Under the pieces are notes generated by a model. The model worked only from the letters and a program-made list of their open reading frames with translations. It was not told where the DNA came from and ran no database searches. Both the position numbers and the translations under genes were made by a program. Below, piece after piece: positions 36,601 to 49,131 of a DNA stretch of 64,000 nt. How positions within the stretch are numbered: the first letter of the stretch is position 1; the number at the start of each line of letters is the position of its first letter. Source of the stretch: Adineta vaga (Eukaryota; Animalia; Rotifera); assembly GCA_021613535.1 (NCBI GenBank), contig CP075494.1, positions 1,178,001 to 1,242,000 of the forward strand, given 5' to 3'.

Positions 36601-39055
36601 AAAACAACTAGACAGAGCAAACCAGGTAGCAGTTTTATTCAGAAATCCATCGATCACGTAGGTAGCTCTTCATTTTCTTTTATTTTTCATTCAGGTAAGA
36701 AGCATCAGTGGTGACGTAACCGATCGATCATCTTGGTACATTTTTCATCTTAATCTCAGATGCAGTTTATCTCTGCAGAGGTGAAGAGGAAAACAACGAG
36801 ACGCAGCAAACCAGGCAGCAGTTTTATTTAGAAATCCATCGATCACATAGGTAGCTCTTCATTTTCTTTTATTTTTCATTCAGGTAAAATAGAGCAGTGT
36901 TGGTGTGACCGATCGATCGTCCTCTTGTACTTTTAATCTTAATCTCAGATGCATTTTATATCTGTACAGGTGAAGAGCAAAACAACGAGACAGAGCAAAC
37001 CAGGCAGCAGTTTTATTTAGAAATCGATCGATCACGTAGGTAGCTCTTCATTTTCTTTTATTTTTCATTCAGGTAAAATAGAGCAGTGTTGATATGACCC
37101 ATGGATCATCCTTGTGTATTTTTCATCTTAATCTCAGATGCAATTTATCTCTGTATAGGTGAAGAGGAAAACAACGAGACAGAGCAAACCAGGAGCAGTT
37201 TTATTTAGAAATCCATCCATCACTTGTGTACCCTTCATTTTGTTTCTTTTTTCATACAGGTATGAAGCAGCATCGGTGACACCACCAATCGATCATTCTC
37301 CTATATCTTTGATCATAATCTCAGAACCAGTTGGTCGCTGTATAGATGAAGAGGAAAACAACGAGACAGAGCAAACCAGGCAGCAGTTTTATTTAGAAAT
37401 CCGTCGATCACACAGGTAGCTCTTCATTCTGTTTTATTTTTCATTCAGGTAAGAAGTAGCAGTGGTGACGTAACCGATCGATTACCCTCGTACATTTTTC
37501 ATCTTAATCTCAGATGCAATTTATCTCTGCATAGGTGAAGAGGACAAGAAGGAGACAGAGCAAACCAGGCAGCAGTTTTATTTAGAGATCCATCGGTCAC
37601 GTAGGTAGCCCTTCATTTTCTTTTATTTTTCATTCAGGTGGAATAGAGCAGTGTTGATATGACCCATCGATGATGCTCGTACATTTTTCATCTTAATCTC
37701 AGATGCAGTTTATCTCTGCATAGGTGAAGAGCAAAACAACTAGACAGAGCAAACCAGGTAGCAGTTTTATTTAGAAATCCATCGATCACGTAGGTAGCTC
37801 TTCTTTCTCTTTTATTTTGCATTCAGGTAAAATAGAGCAGTGTTGATATGACCCATGGATCATCCTTGTGTATTTTTCATCTTAATCTCAGATGCAATTT
37901 ATCTCTGTATAGGTGAAGAGGACAAGAAGGAGACAGAGCAAACCAGGCAGCAGTTTTATTTAGAAATCCATCGGTCACAGGTAGCTCTTCATTTTCTTTT
38001 ATTTTTCATTCAGGTAAGAAGCATCAGTGGTGACGTAACCGATCGATCATCTTCGTACATTTTTCGTCTTAATCTCAGATGCAGTTTATCTCTGCATAGG
38101 TGAAGAGCAAAACAACTAGACAGAGCAAACCAGGTAGCAGTTTTATTTAGAAATCCATCGATCACGTAGGTAGCTCTTCTTTCTCTTTTATTTTGCATTC
38201 AGGTAAAATAGAGCAGTGTTGATATGACCCATCGATCATCCTCGTACGTTTTTCATCTTAATCTCAGATGCAATTTATCTCTGCATAGGTGAAGAGCAAA
38301 ACAACGAGACAGAGCAAACCAAGCAGCAGTTTTATTTAGAAATCGATCGATCACATAGGTAGCTCTTCATTTTCTTTTATTTTTCATTCAGGTAAGAAGC
38401 AGCAGTGGTGACGTAACCGATCGATTACCCTCGTACGTTTTTCATCTTAATCTCAGATGCAATTTATCTCTGCATAGGTGAAGAGGAAAACAACGAGACG
38501 CAGCAAACCAGGCAGCAGTTTTATTTAGAAATCCATCGATCACATAGGTAGCTCTTCATTTTCTTTTATTTTTCATTCAGGTAAAATAGAGCAGTGTTGG
38601 TATGACCGATCGATCGTCCTCTTGTACTTTTAATCTTAATCTTAGATGCAGTTTATATCTGTACAGGTGAAGAGCAAAACAACTAGACAGAGCAAACCAG
38701 GTAGCAGTTTTATTTAGAAATCCATCGATCACGTAGGTAGCTCTTCTTTCTCTTTTATTTTTCATTCAGGTAAAATAGAGCAGTGTTGATATGACCCATC
38801 GATCATCCTCGTACGTTTTTCATCTTAATCTCAGATGCAGTTTATCTCTCTATAGGTGAAGAGCAAAACAACGGGACAGAGCAAACCAGGTAGCAGTTTT
38901 ATTTAGAAATCCATCCATCACATATGTACGCTTCATTTTGTTCCTTTTTTCGTTCAGGTATGAAGCAGTAGCGGTGACACCACCAATCCATCATTCTCCT
39001 TTATTTTTGATCATAATCGCAGATGCAGTTTATCTCTGTATAGGTGAAGAACAAA
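30700..39055. repeat. Tandem satellite, 189-bp unit, about 44 copies
   Basis: The GTGAAGAG anchor recurs at 30744, 30933 and onwards to about 39044. Conserved blocks: CATCTTAATCTCAGATGCA, GACAGAGCAAACCAGG, TTTTTCATTCAGGTA. Confidence 0.97.
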
Positions 39056-39426
39056 TTAGATTGAGAAGGAGTTGTTTCCTTGAAGTGTAGAATGAACTTA
39101 TGGCGTGGAGATTTCTTCTATCTGTTTTCATTCGTGACTGCCCGGGAAGAGAATCACTGAAAAGTAACCCTTGAAAAGACGTTGAAATTCATGAGAAGAT
39201 GATATTGTTTAAATATGCACAATTGAGCGAGTGAGGAATTCGCTGAACAGACTCTTCATGAACAAACGGAAGATTATGAAATCACGGAAGTGAGCGGAGT
39301 TGGAATCGGACCCTGTGGGAACTCAGGCACTATTGACGCATATATGAATGCAAAATATTAAGGTGTGAAGATTTATTTGAAAAGAGTTACGGTATGTCGA
39401 ATGATTTCACGGTCAAAAATGACCTA

Positions 39427-41455
39427 CACTGTAATAAAAATTGGTGTTTTACCGAACCTAAAAGGTTCTCCATGCTTCCACCGAACTATTTTAAGTTTAG
39501 AAAAATCCAAAACGTTTCGTTCTTGATCTGCCGAACTATTTTAAGTTCAGTAGGATCCAGAAGGGTCGGCAATTGATAACAAAAACCATCTGAAAGTTTT
39601 GTATTCGGTTCACGAAACCGTTGATAGTTCAGTAACATGTCTACAGAACCATCAGCTGTTTCGAAGTCTGAGGATAGATTTTGTCTATTTTCTACCAAAC
39701 TATTCTTATTTCCATAGGCCAATTAATGGTTCAGGAGATTTTATAGCGTACCATAGATGGTTCGTCATTTTTCAAATAGTTCAGAATATTTTAAACCAAA
39801 CCAGATATGGTTTCGTGCTAGTTATCCAAAACCAATAACTAGTTCGCGAATCCTTAAAAGTTTAGCAAACTCAATGCAAAGCCCTTGGGTGTTCCGTATG
39901 TGAATTGAAGGTTTAGTATAGTTCATGCGAAACTTTTCATCACCCGATCGTATCTCTGAAGGTTCGGTTTATGTACAAAGAACGATTCATAGTTTCGTTT
40001 AAACCCACAAAGGTGAAGTACCACTTATCCAGAACCATTAGCAGTTCAGTAAGAAAAACGAAAGTTTCGCACACATAATACCGAACATTCTTCGGGTTCT
40101 TGAAGCTAGTATTGGTTTTGTGAGTTTTAGACTGAACATAAATAGTTCTGCCAGTTTCAAAATGGATTCGTACCATTAGTACAAAACCTACTAGAATTCA
40201 GTAACTCGTTCGATTGTTTCGATTTCATTACACAGAACGATATTTAGTTTCGTATACTTGCAAGTTGTTCGGTATAGCTCCAGCGGAACCATCAATAGTT
40301 TCGTAGTGTGGCTTAGGGTTGGGCAGATTTATTGCCAAACAGCCCAAGGTTTCGTAATCTCACTCGTGGTTTGATAAAATTTATACAGAATTATCAATTG
40401 CTTCGTACAGTAGCCTAAGGTTCGGCATGATTTATTAAAAACTGTCAAGATATCCGTACAGAGAGTAAAGATTTGGCAAAGGTTTTCCGAAACTATCAAT
40501 GGTTCCGTATACTCACTCATGGTTTGGCGAACTATATACGAAACTATCACTGGTTTCATATCATCGCGCAAGGTTTGGTAGAGTTTTTTCCAAACTGTCA
40601 ATGGCTTTGTACATTGGCCAAAGGTTTGAAGAATTTTACACTAAACTATGTTGAGTTCTGTATGCTTCTAACTGGTTCAGTATAGGTTTAACTAAGTGAT
40701 TAACAATTTCGTAGAATGAGTAGATGGTTGCAAGAATTTTTATCAAACTATCAATTCTTTCATACAACGGTTCAAGGTTCTATAGGATATATTCAAATAT
40801 ATGAACATATTCCTATACTTTAAAGTGGTTCGGTGTAATTTGTACGAAACTCTCAATGACATCGTATAGAGTGTTAGAGTTCAGCGAACTTTCTACCAAA
40901 CCATTGACAGCTGCCACTGGTCCGTGTAACAAACGGAGAGGAATCAGTGAAAGATATGTCTATTCTTATCGGTCGACGTCCACTTTTCAATAGACCGGCA
41001 AGCAAAGCGGTAAGTGATGGTATATTATAAACCACACAATATCTTCTTGACTGTTTAGAATCGATCTCAATGGATTTAGTGGAATGGCTAACACCCACAC
41101 TCACAATAGTAGGGTGTAGGAGGGTGAGGGGACCTTCAAAACAAATCTATGAAGGATGTGTTTTGAATGACTGAATACGAAGCCTGTAATGTGGTGATTA
41201 TAAAAGAGTGTTTCACTAAACCAAAAGGAAGATCAATGTAAAGAAGATTTCGTAGCTATAAGTTCATAAGGTTCTGTACGGTACCTATGGTACTTAACTT
41301 TCTTTCTTAGCAGGAAAAAAGGTTTTGTACTAAACCTTCGCTACGAAACCTCTGTTCTGAAATTTTCCAGTAAGGTTCTATGTGGAACCTATTTACTACT
41401 GAACCAAAAAAGGATCTTCTCGTGTATCGGTGGGAAGATCCTTTTTTTTACAATG
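39427..41455. mobile_element. Non-autonomous TIR element (CACTG-type, EnSpm/CMC-like) with degenerate internal repeats
   Basis: Left end CACTGTAATAAAAA, right end TTTTTTTTACAATG. The interior is full of GGTTC/GAACC and AAACTATCAATGGTT-like repeats. No transposase seen. Confidence 0.55.
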
Positions 41456-41530
41456 TGCTAGTCTATGAATGTAAAAATTTTTTCTTTATCAGTTTGTTTT
41501 GTGACATTGGTAGGAAGATATTTGTTAGTT

Positions 41531-41859
41531 TTTTTTTTCTTTTTATTATTCGCAGATAAACTGATGACCATGAAGGTCCTAGCAGGTCAGGTTTTAGAGT
41601 AAGATAAAACTATAGAGAAGAATCAGAGGATAGTGTGACAATAACAAATAGAGGAAGAGAAGAAAGAACGCAAGAGTCACAAACAAAGGAAAGAAAATAA
41701 CGACGTAATTGTCGTATATATATAATAAAGTGATTGGTCACCTTCTCTTCCGATACTGCACATCATATACCCATAACACCTCTTTTTTGCCAGAGGAAGG
41801 AATCGAACCTTCTGATCTCTGAACTTCAGATGCATAGAACCACTACGCCATCCCCGGCT
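41531..41859 (-). mobile_element. tRNA-derived SINE, about 329 bp
   Basis: tRNA-like head at 41858-41789 with A box TGGCGTAGTGG and B box GGTTCGATTCC; A-rich tail AATAATAAAAAGAAAAAAAA; 16-bp TSD AAGATATTTGTTAGTT (41515-41530, 41860-41875). Confidence 0.8.
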
Positions 41860-41880
41860 AAGATATTTGTTAGTTCGATG

Positions 41881-42073
41881 TAGGGGTGGGACATTTACGT
41901 TGATTTAAAATGAACTTTAATGGATTGCGTTAACGTTAATAATAACGCTTAACGGATTGAATAGAAACCGTTAACCGTTAATATAAACGTTAACGGAATC
42001 AGTTAATTAACACCCATTAATCAACCCATTTAGAAGTTAATTAACTCGCGGTAAATTAAATGGTTCACCCCTA
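41881..42073. mobile_element. hAT-type MITE, 193 bp
   Basis: TIRs TAGGGGTG..CATTTA / TAAATG..CACCCCTA; 8-bp TSD GTTCGATG; internal CGTTAAC repeats. Confidence 0.9.
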
Positions 42074-42493
42074 GTTCGATGGGTGTTTTTTACCGGGATG
42101 TTCATTGGCTATTTTTGTCTGTGGAAAGGGTAGGCTTTAAATACCTGTTAGGTTCAGAGGCTGTTGATTTACTGAATGAGTGTGTAAGCCAGGTTTGTGA
42201 TGGAAGTTGTTTTTAACAGAAAATGGATGAAAGATAGTGAGTTAGTTTCAAATTATTGTCTTAGTTTTTGAGTACAAGAGCATTGTGGAAATCAGGATTT
42301 GCTATTCTCTTGTCCTGTTGACGAGTGTTTTTTTGAATGATAATTACTTAATTAGGAAATGGTTTGTAATGAAATTCGCGAGTTTTTTGTATCTAAGGAT
42401 TGGATATGTCCGTGTGATTTGTGATACCCTGAATTTGATGAGCGTTTAATGGTTGAGAGGTAGATTGAGACCTTTTCGTATTTGTTGTAGATT

Positions 42494-43610
42494 ATGACAG
42501 ACTCATCCGTTCATTTTGACGACGATGCTGCTGATGGTGGTGGTGAAGGCAGGGTACAGGAATCGACGTGGTATGGAAATATAACGATTTATCTTTACTC
42601 TTTGTATTGTTTTTCATGACTTTCTTGTAATAGGTCCTCGTCGATGTGGTTGATGGTAACGGCTTTATGTTCCATTCCTATTATCTTGCTGATTGCGGCA
42701 TGTGTGATCGTTATTTCGTTGTTGACCTTATACCTACCTGAAAGAGGTAGTGATATAAGACCGGCAAGTGAAAATGATGGTATAGTGATTATCATTGTTA
42801 ATAATTCTCTTATTTCATTTTTGTATATTTAAGTGATGAAGACTTTTAACACTGTATTTGGTACTAATTTGGTCGCTGGCACGGAAAATGGAATAGTTAA
42901 GTACGACTCTATTGCACAACAAGTAAGTTTATCTGCTCTCTAATGTAGAATGTGATGTTCATGTTTTCATCTTCTTTTAGATCAACGAGAAACTTGGTTA
43001 TACATCGGATATACTTAGCATTATATCTGCTACATTTGGAAGTAGTCAAAATGCTAACGGTAGGAAAAAACGTCAATCAAGGTCAGTTACTTTAATCTTT
43101 TGTTCATTAATTAAAAACTTTCGTATGTTATGGATTCTTTTAGCGCGAAAATATCTTGCAACGCAGCTTTTAATGGAACCCAACAAAATGCAGATAATGG
43201 CAATTCCTTAGGTCTTGTATTTCGAATTAATAAGTGTCCAAAAACAAAATGCCTTACTAGCTACTGTATTGGAAAATGTGCATCACAAGTTCAACTTAAA
43301 ATACAAACCGTACTTGGCTCGACTGCTTTCTCGTTGAACATTGAGACGACTGCAGGGATGCTTTCACTTTCAGCTCAGTTCTGCTCAACTGGCCCATCTG
43401 TTTCAGGTAAGAAAGACTAATCGAAACAAACATTCTTCTACAGAGATACTCCTAAAGTAGAATTTAAGAACCTAGGTTGTATGAAAAATACAAGAGAAAA
43501 CGTTGTTTTTTTTGTTTGTTTATTACATTGTTTTGTGCAGCTGCTTTTGGCATCCATCTGTCCTATATCATCTCTCTTAAAACCTACATCCATCCTTCTA
43601 TAGATAGATG
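42494..43610 (+). CDS. Multi-exon type II membrane protein of unknown function
   Basis: In-phase exons 42494-42570, 42634-42779, 42834-42922, 42981-43081 and 43144-43406; the last exon is uncertain. TM helix IPIILLIAACVIVISLLTLYLP, RKKR furin-like site and a Cys-rich ectodomain. Confidence 0.65.
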
Positions 43611-43728
43611 ACAAGATAATAGTTATTTTAAATTGTTGTATAGAAGTGTTCGACTTTCGAATCATTTCATACTCGTCTTGTGTACCCTTTCGATGTCATA
43701 ATTGATTTTCATGGCATACATACTGCAT

Positions 43729-44082
43729 TTAAGATGTGCAATCATGACGATATATTGTATAACCAATTCTCACCCATAGTTCATCTTCCTCGAATTTTTT
43801 AACCCACATACATGGAATATTAGAATCACTTGGAATATCATCCATCGTAGGATAATAGATATGAAAATGAACATTCTGGACCAAAACTAGTTCATTTCCT
43901 ATAAGATTTCCTTCTCGAAAAGAAAGAAAAAGATCGATGCGTCGACAATTCGGTATTTGATTTTGTACATATTGAATGCATCCATTTCTATCAGTGAAAT
44001 GTCGAACACGACGCCCAAGATTGCTCTGATTAAGCGAATGTCGATTGGTTGAGTCAAGAAGAACAGCAAGTTGATTATTCAT
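43729..44082 (-). CDS. Hypothetical protein (possibly one exon of a gene extending to about 44900)
   Basis: 117-aa ORF with protein-like composition (VRHFTDRNGCIQYVQ..RIDLFLS) loosely similar to the N-terminus of 717-3092. Confidence 0.35.
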   Translation of the reverse strand: MNNQLAVLLDSTNRHSLNQSNLGRRVRHFTDRNGCIQYVQNQIPNCRRIDLFLSFREGNLIGNELVLVQNVHFHIYYPTMDDIPSDSNIPCMWVKKFEEDELWVRIGYTIYRHDCTS

Positions 44083-45153
44083 GTACGAAGATATCTACAA
44101 ATAAAGAAAAACAAAAGAACCCTTCAAAGTATTGATTACTGATTACGCAGTCTGTATTTCTCATTCTACAATCATGAATAAATTGACAGCGATCGAAAAT
44201 ATATTTTTTCGTAAGTTCGGATGTGCTTTATAAATTATGGAATTATCACATAAGGATATAAAATTTAAACGTCTTTTTCATTAGTCGTAATCGTTGACTT
44301 TCTGTTCAACGAAACTATTCAATCCATATAAGATTTCAAAACATTGATCGTAGTTCTTGTCTGCACTGCCCTTGTTTCTTTTCCTAGCATGTTGATCGCT
44401 CAGGATTCGATTTTGCATTGATATCGATTGCTATGTGTACAGTTAATTCTTAAGGATTATCCGACATGTAACAAATACAAGGATATTTGGTGAAGAACTT
44501 TTCTTTTTCATGCTGAGTCGTCGGCTGTGATTTAAACAGATAAATCGATGGAGGTTGATTACGTGAACATAATTTTTCCAACAATGATTGATCAGTCTTA
44601 GTTTTAAATGAGGAAACGATGACTGATAATCCTGTTGTTCTTGTATAATCATCAAATGTGTACCAAAAAATTGTTTAAGAATTGCAGAAATGTTTTCAAA
44701 TGTTTCTTTCGAAAATGACGACTTCAGAAGTATGACGTTCATATTGAAGTTATTTGTGCGTTTGAATGAGAAAATATTGTTTTCATTGTCCACCACATTA
44801 CTCCGATCAAAAGGAGATACTTCCATTGAATTTAGACTATGTATAACATCATTGCCATAGCTTACTTTCACAAAACTGGTAGACATATTGTATATATTAC
44901 TTTGCAAGTGAAAAAGTGATTCTATTTTATTGATTCAATTCAGCGTACCTATCTATATAGCTAGAGAAATGTCAACATTCCAGAAACATAATTCTGGAAG
45001 ATCAAACAAATAGTTATTTTTTTCCTCGGAAGTAATCACCATTATTTGTTTACTTTTTATTATCATAAGCAACATGAAATACGTTTCTGTCAATAAACGG
45101 TGCAATGTTACAGACATAAAATGAATCATCGATAAATCGAAGAGAAACAGGGA

Positions 45154-45196
45154 TGAGGGTGTGGGTCAAAGAAAGATGCACACACCCACACCCTCA
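45154..45196. repeat. Telomere-like palindrome element
   Basis: TGAGGGTGTGGGT-spacer-ACCCACACCCTCA (13-bp perfect arms). Confidence 0.85.
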
Positions 45197-45434
45197 GCCA
45201 TGATTATTATCAACTTTTTAATCTGCTTCTATGATATCTAAGAAAAATACTCTAGGGTACCCAAAAGTAGTCGCAGAGATACCTTATTCTCTTATAAAAG
45301 GCTTGAGGGAATTTTCTTTTTTCATCGGGTAATAGAGAAAACCAACCTCTATTTTTCTATACTATTTGATTGCTATTCAACTTCTAACGTAATAAGAAAA
45401 TTTCCGTTAGAATTGCTTTTCTTTAAAAATTAAT

Positions 45435-45481
45435 TAGGGTGGGTATGGGTGTGAGAGTCGTCTCCCCACACCCACACCCTA
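45435..45481. repeat. Telomere-like palindrome element
   Basis: TAGGGTGGGTATGGGTGTG..CCCACACCCACACCCTA. Confidence 0.8.
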
Positions 45482-46833
45482 TATATGTAGATAAAAATAA
45501 TGTTCTTTCAGATCAATCTTCAGTCAAGATCGCGTGTGATGAAGTGAAAAACTTTCTCTTCAAATATCACGAAAGAAGGAAAGATGAAAATGCCAACTAG
45601 AACTTATGATAATGAATTCATTACTTTAGTAATAAAGTCAAGTTGTTTTAATAACGATTGACAAACAATACTTCACTCATTTGAACAAACTTTTGTAAGC
45701 GAATCGCTTATTAATGACCATTTTCTCAAAATTTTTCAAACAAATTAATGAAAAATCTATGTATTTGTGTAATGTTAAATGAATTTGCTCAGATTGTTTT
45801 GTCACACAGAGAAATGAAGAACAAATTTCTAGAACAATGTAAACTGTTCATGGTAAAACTGTACTTTTGTAGTCTTGTTCGTGCTTCTTCTCAACACTAT
45901 CATAGGATCAATAATTAGAGTCTTGTTTGAAGATCGCGATGAAGGAAAAAAAACGTCATGAGATGGAAAGTCATTAATTAATGATGCTTTAGTGCTACCA
46001 TTTAAGTGTATGTTACAGATGCAAATATAAACAGAAGCAATGTCAGTGTCGAGTTTTACAATAGGAACATCGAATTGAAAGACAGAATGAAAATGAACAA
46101 CTAGATATTGAATAGATCGATGTCATTAGATAAAAGAACTTAGACAAGCATTCATCATAATAACACATTCTCCTTTGTGTTGTTTCATTTCTTTTTTTTA
46201 TCCCACACTGAACACGAAGAAAAAAGATGTGCACTTTCGCCCACCATCTGCGCAATATCTATGAAACAGCAGTATTTTTGAGCGCATGGCTTATTCAGAA
46301 TGTTTGAAGGAAAACCAGCACACCATTCTCATCATGAATATTTCATGTAGTAATTTTGAATATTACACCAAGATATGACTTTTTTTCAAAATTTTGGTGA
46401 AGAGAAAAAGTAGATTCTTATTATAGTAGAGAGAAAAAAGAGAATAAAAAGACATCTACTAGTAGCAGATGCTATTCATTTTATCCTAAATACAACTGTA
46501 GTTGTCAAGTGTAAGTCTGACTACAATAGTTATGGGTTGGATAAGAATTTCAATGTTGTTTTTGTTCGGTCTTTTCGAACAATTGTTCATACAAGATACA
46601 AAGTCGTTTTCAATGTCAGTCATGAATGGATGGGAATTTCAATGTGCTAACTCAACTTGTTTGCCATTCGTTACTACTACTGCACCGAACATCCTACGAT
46701 GTCAAATCCACTGTTTAGGGCAACCTCAATGTAAAGCAATCATTTTTCAACAGGCAACTTCGAAATGTCAATTGTTTATCAACATCGTGGATCAAAATAG
46801 CAACTTGCAAGCAAACATAGAGACCACAACAAT

Positions 46834-49131
46834 CCCTAGGGAAAATCCTTGTTATTTCGGTGCCAGATCTTTGCCATTTTCGGTCAGGATCAGGCAAAGA
46901 TTTGCGTCTTTTTCCTGAGGAAATGCGTAGATCTTGAAAGAAGCGTGTAGCCGCATTTTATTAGGATCCTGTCAGGATTTATATCAAGATTAGATTAAGA
47001 TATTACTTAGTATATCATTGTTTTATAACTAGGATTTTGTCAAGAAAGTCTTCCAGCGTGATAGAAGTGTGTAGCCACGGTTTACCAGGATCTTGACAAG
47101 ATTTATACCAAGAGTAAAGAAGAAATTGAGTAGGAACGAGTGAAAATCTTTTAAAGATCTTTTCAGGATTTCCAGAGAGTATTTAAAAAAAAGGAATTTT
47201 CAGATTCTATCAGGATTTTATCTCACATTTTGGGTGCATCCGTTTTCTAATTTCTTGAAGGTTATTATCAGGAATCTACAGCTATTCAACGGATAATATT
47301 TAGTTATTATATGAATACAAGATTAGAACTTACTCAGAACGCGTCAGGATTGTTGCAGGATTATCTAAATAGAGCAGAATAAATGTGAACACATAGAGAT
47401 TCGAACTCTAGACCTTCAGTTCATGAACTGAACAGCTAACCCAGCTGAACTGTTTTCTCGTTCTAAGACTATATATGAACACCATTTTATGTTTTCTTTT
47501 GATTCACATATTTTTAGAAAACGTTTCTGTTATTATGTCTCTGGTTATTAAAACTTATTTAATTATGCAAATGTATGAGTATACGAGGAAAGAAATTTTC
47601 CTTATTCATTCCTAGCTTTAAAGAAATGAATTATTATATTTTATTCATCGTTATTTATACAAAGAAGAGAAATTTCGTACTACTCGATGACTTTGGATAA
47701 TCATTACTTTAGTCTAAATATATCAATGAACAATAAAACATAATTGTATCAAATCCAGAGGAGAATCTTGCCCGGATCTTTTCCATTTCTTCATCTGGAT
47801 GCGATCAAGAATTGAAAATCATTTCAATGAAATCCTAACTTTTGCTGTATTATAGTTTGATTCTATTTTTGGACAGAATCTTTATGCTTAGATTCGAATA
47901 AATTTTTGAAAAGGTTCGAGACAGGATTGTGACTATATCTTGTTGATATCTTATCAAGATCTTGATAATACTTAGATTGATTTAAATAGAAATAATGATG
48001 ACTAATCTTGAAAAGATCTTAGAAGATTTCAGAACAGTTTTCAAACGTTTCTGAAATACAAGATAAAAAGGAAAGAAGACAAAATAATGACTAAAGCTTG
48101 ATAAGATCCTAGACTGATAAGTCAAAGATTTAAAAATATACAGTAATACGAACAGATCGGAGAAATATCCTGATGTAACTTAAAATAATAAAAGCAATTC
48201 TTAGAGCAACTTGATCATGATCTTGAACAGATAACGAATAACTTTTATAAAAAGCATACATTTCTGTTAAAAGATATCTTAGCAGGTTCTTGAAGGAATC
48301 TGACACAGGATCCTGTTTTATCTTAATTTATTTATACACATTATATAGCTCATATAATTTAGATCTAAGATTCTGACAAATCTTTGCAGGATATTTCCAA
48401 GATAATAATAATGCAAACACAGAATCTGATGTTTTATAACTAGCTCATTTTAAATATCATGGAAATCCTATACGGATCTTTACAGGAATTTAAAGCAGAT
48501 TTTGTGCAAATCCTTTTTCATGTTTTACCAGGATTGGGAGCAGAAAGATATATGAATCGTCTCAAGATCTTGACGATCAGATTGAAGATATTTCAAAAAA
48601 TAAAAATTCGAAAAAATCTTAACAGATTCTTCTTTATTTCTTAATAAGATCCTGTTAATACCTAAAATTTCTAAAGCTAAGTTTCTACTGTTGTTTTTTG
48701 GCAAGATCTTGATTGAATCCTGAAGAAATTTATAATAGCATATTCTGATGATACCCACTGAGAAACAGATTCAGATCCCTCTGGAACTTGACAGAATTTT
48801 CTATGTGCATATGCATCTGAACAGAGCGTCTTTTCTTGCGAGAATCTTTCTCTGATTTATCTTCATTTCCTGACAAGATCCTGGAGAAATCATGAAAGGG
48901 TCCTATTATGACAGTCTACCAAAATAATCTGAGCAAGAACCTGAGAAATCCTGATTGAGATCGTGTTTGACCGTGACATATCTTGTAGAAAGGAAAATAC
49001 CAGGATTTAAAACAAGATCCTCACTTACACCTGATCAGATCCTATATCAAAGAAAGCACAAGGAATTGCAACAGGATCCTTAGTTAAACTTGGCAAGATT
49101 TCACAAGGAACACTCAGGATTGAGACTAGGG
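46834..49131. mobile_element. Non-autonomous TIR element, 2298 bp, 2-bp TSD (EnSpm/CMC-like)
   Basis: Ends CCCTAGGGAAAATCCT / AGGATTGAGACTAGGG; AT duplicated; excision restores the host reading frame; many AGGATC/GATCTT subterminal motifs. Confidence 0.85.
47385..47460 (-). pseudogene. tRNA-Met(CAT)-like relic inside the TIR element
   Basis: TTCAG-TTCATGAA-CTGAA anticodon arm, AGGTC variable loop, TAGAG-TTCGAAT-CTCTA T arm; the acceptor stem does not pair. Confidence 0.5.

Noticed and set aside
30933-38765. Short ORFs inside the satellite
   Set aside because: By-products of a 189-bp (63-codon) unit; stops occur in most copies.
30700-39055. CRISPR-like array (constant repeat plus variable segment)
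   Set aside because: The variable segments recur as a few related alleles rather than unique spacers, the unit is 189 bp, there are no cas genes, and the context is eukaryotic.
30700-39055. Hammerhead-containing retrozyme tandem repeat
   Set aside because: Unit size fits, but I found no CTGANGA...GAAA core with flanking stems on either strand, only CTGAATGA and CTGAGA without helices. An Infernal search would settle it.
41561-41590. Possible hammerhead CTGATGACCATGAAGGTC
   Set aside because: No GAAA follows the stem, and it lies antisense in the SINE 3' end.
41789-41858. Functional tRNA gene
   Set aside because: No 7-nt anticodon loop and no T-run terminator; it is flanked by a tail and TSD, so it is treated as a SINE head.
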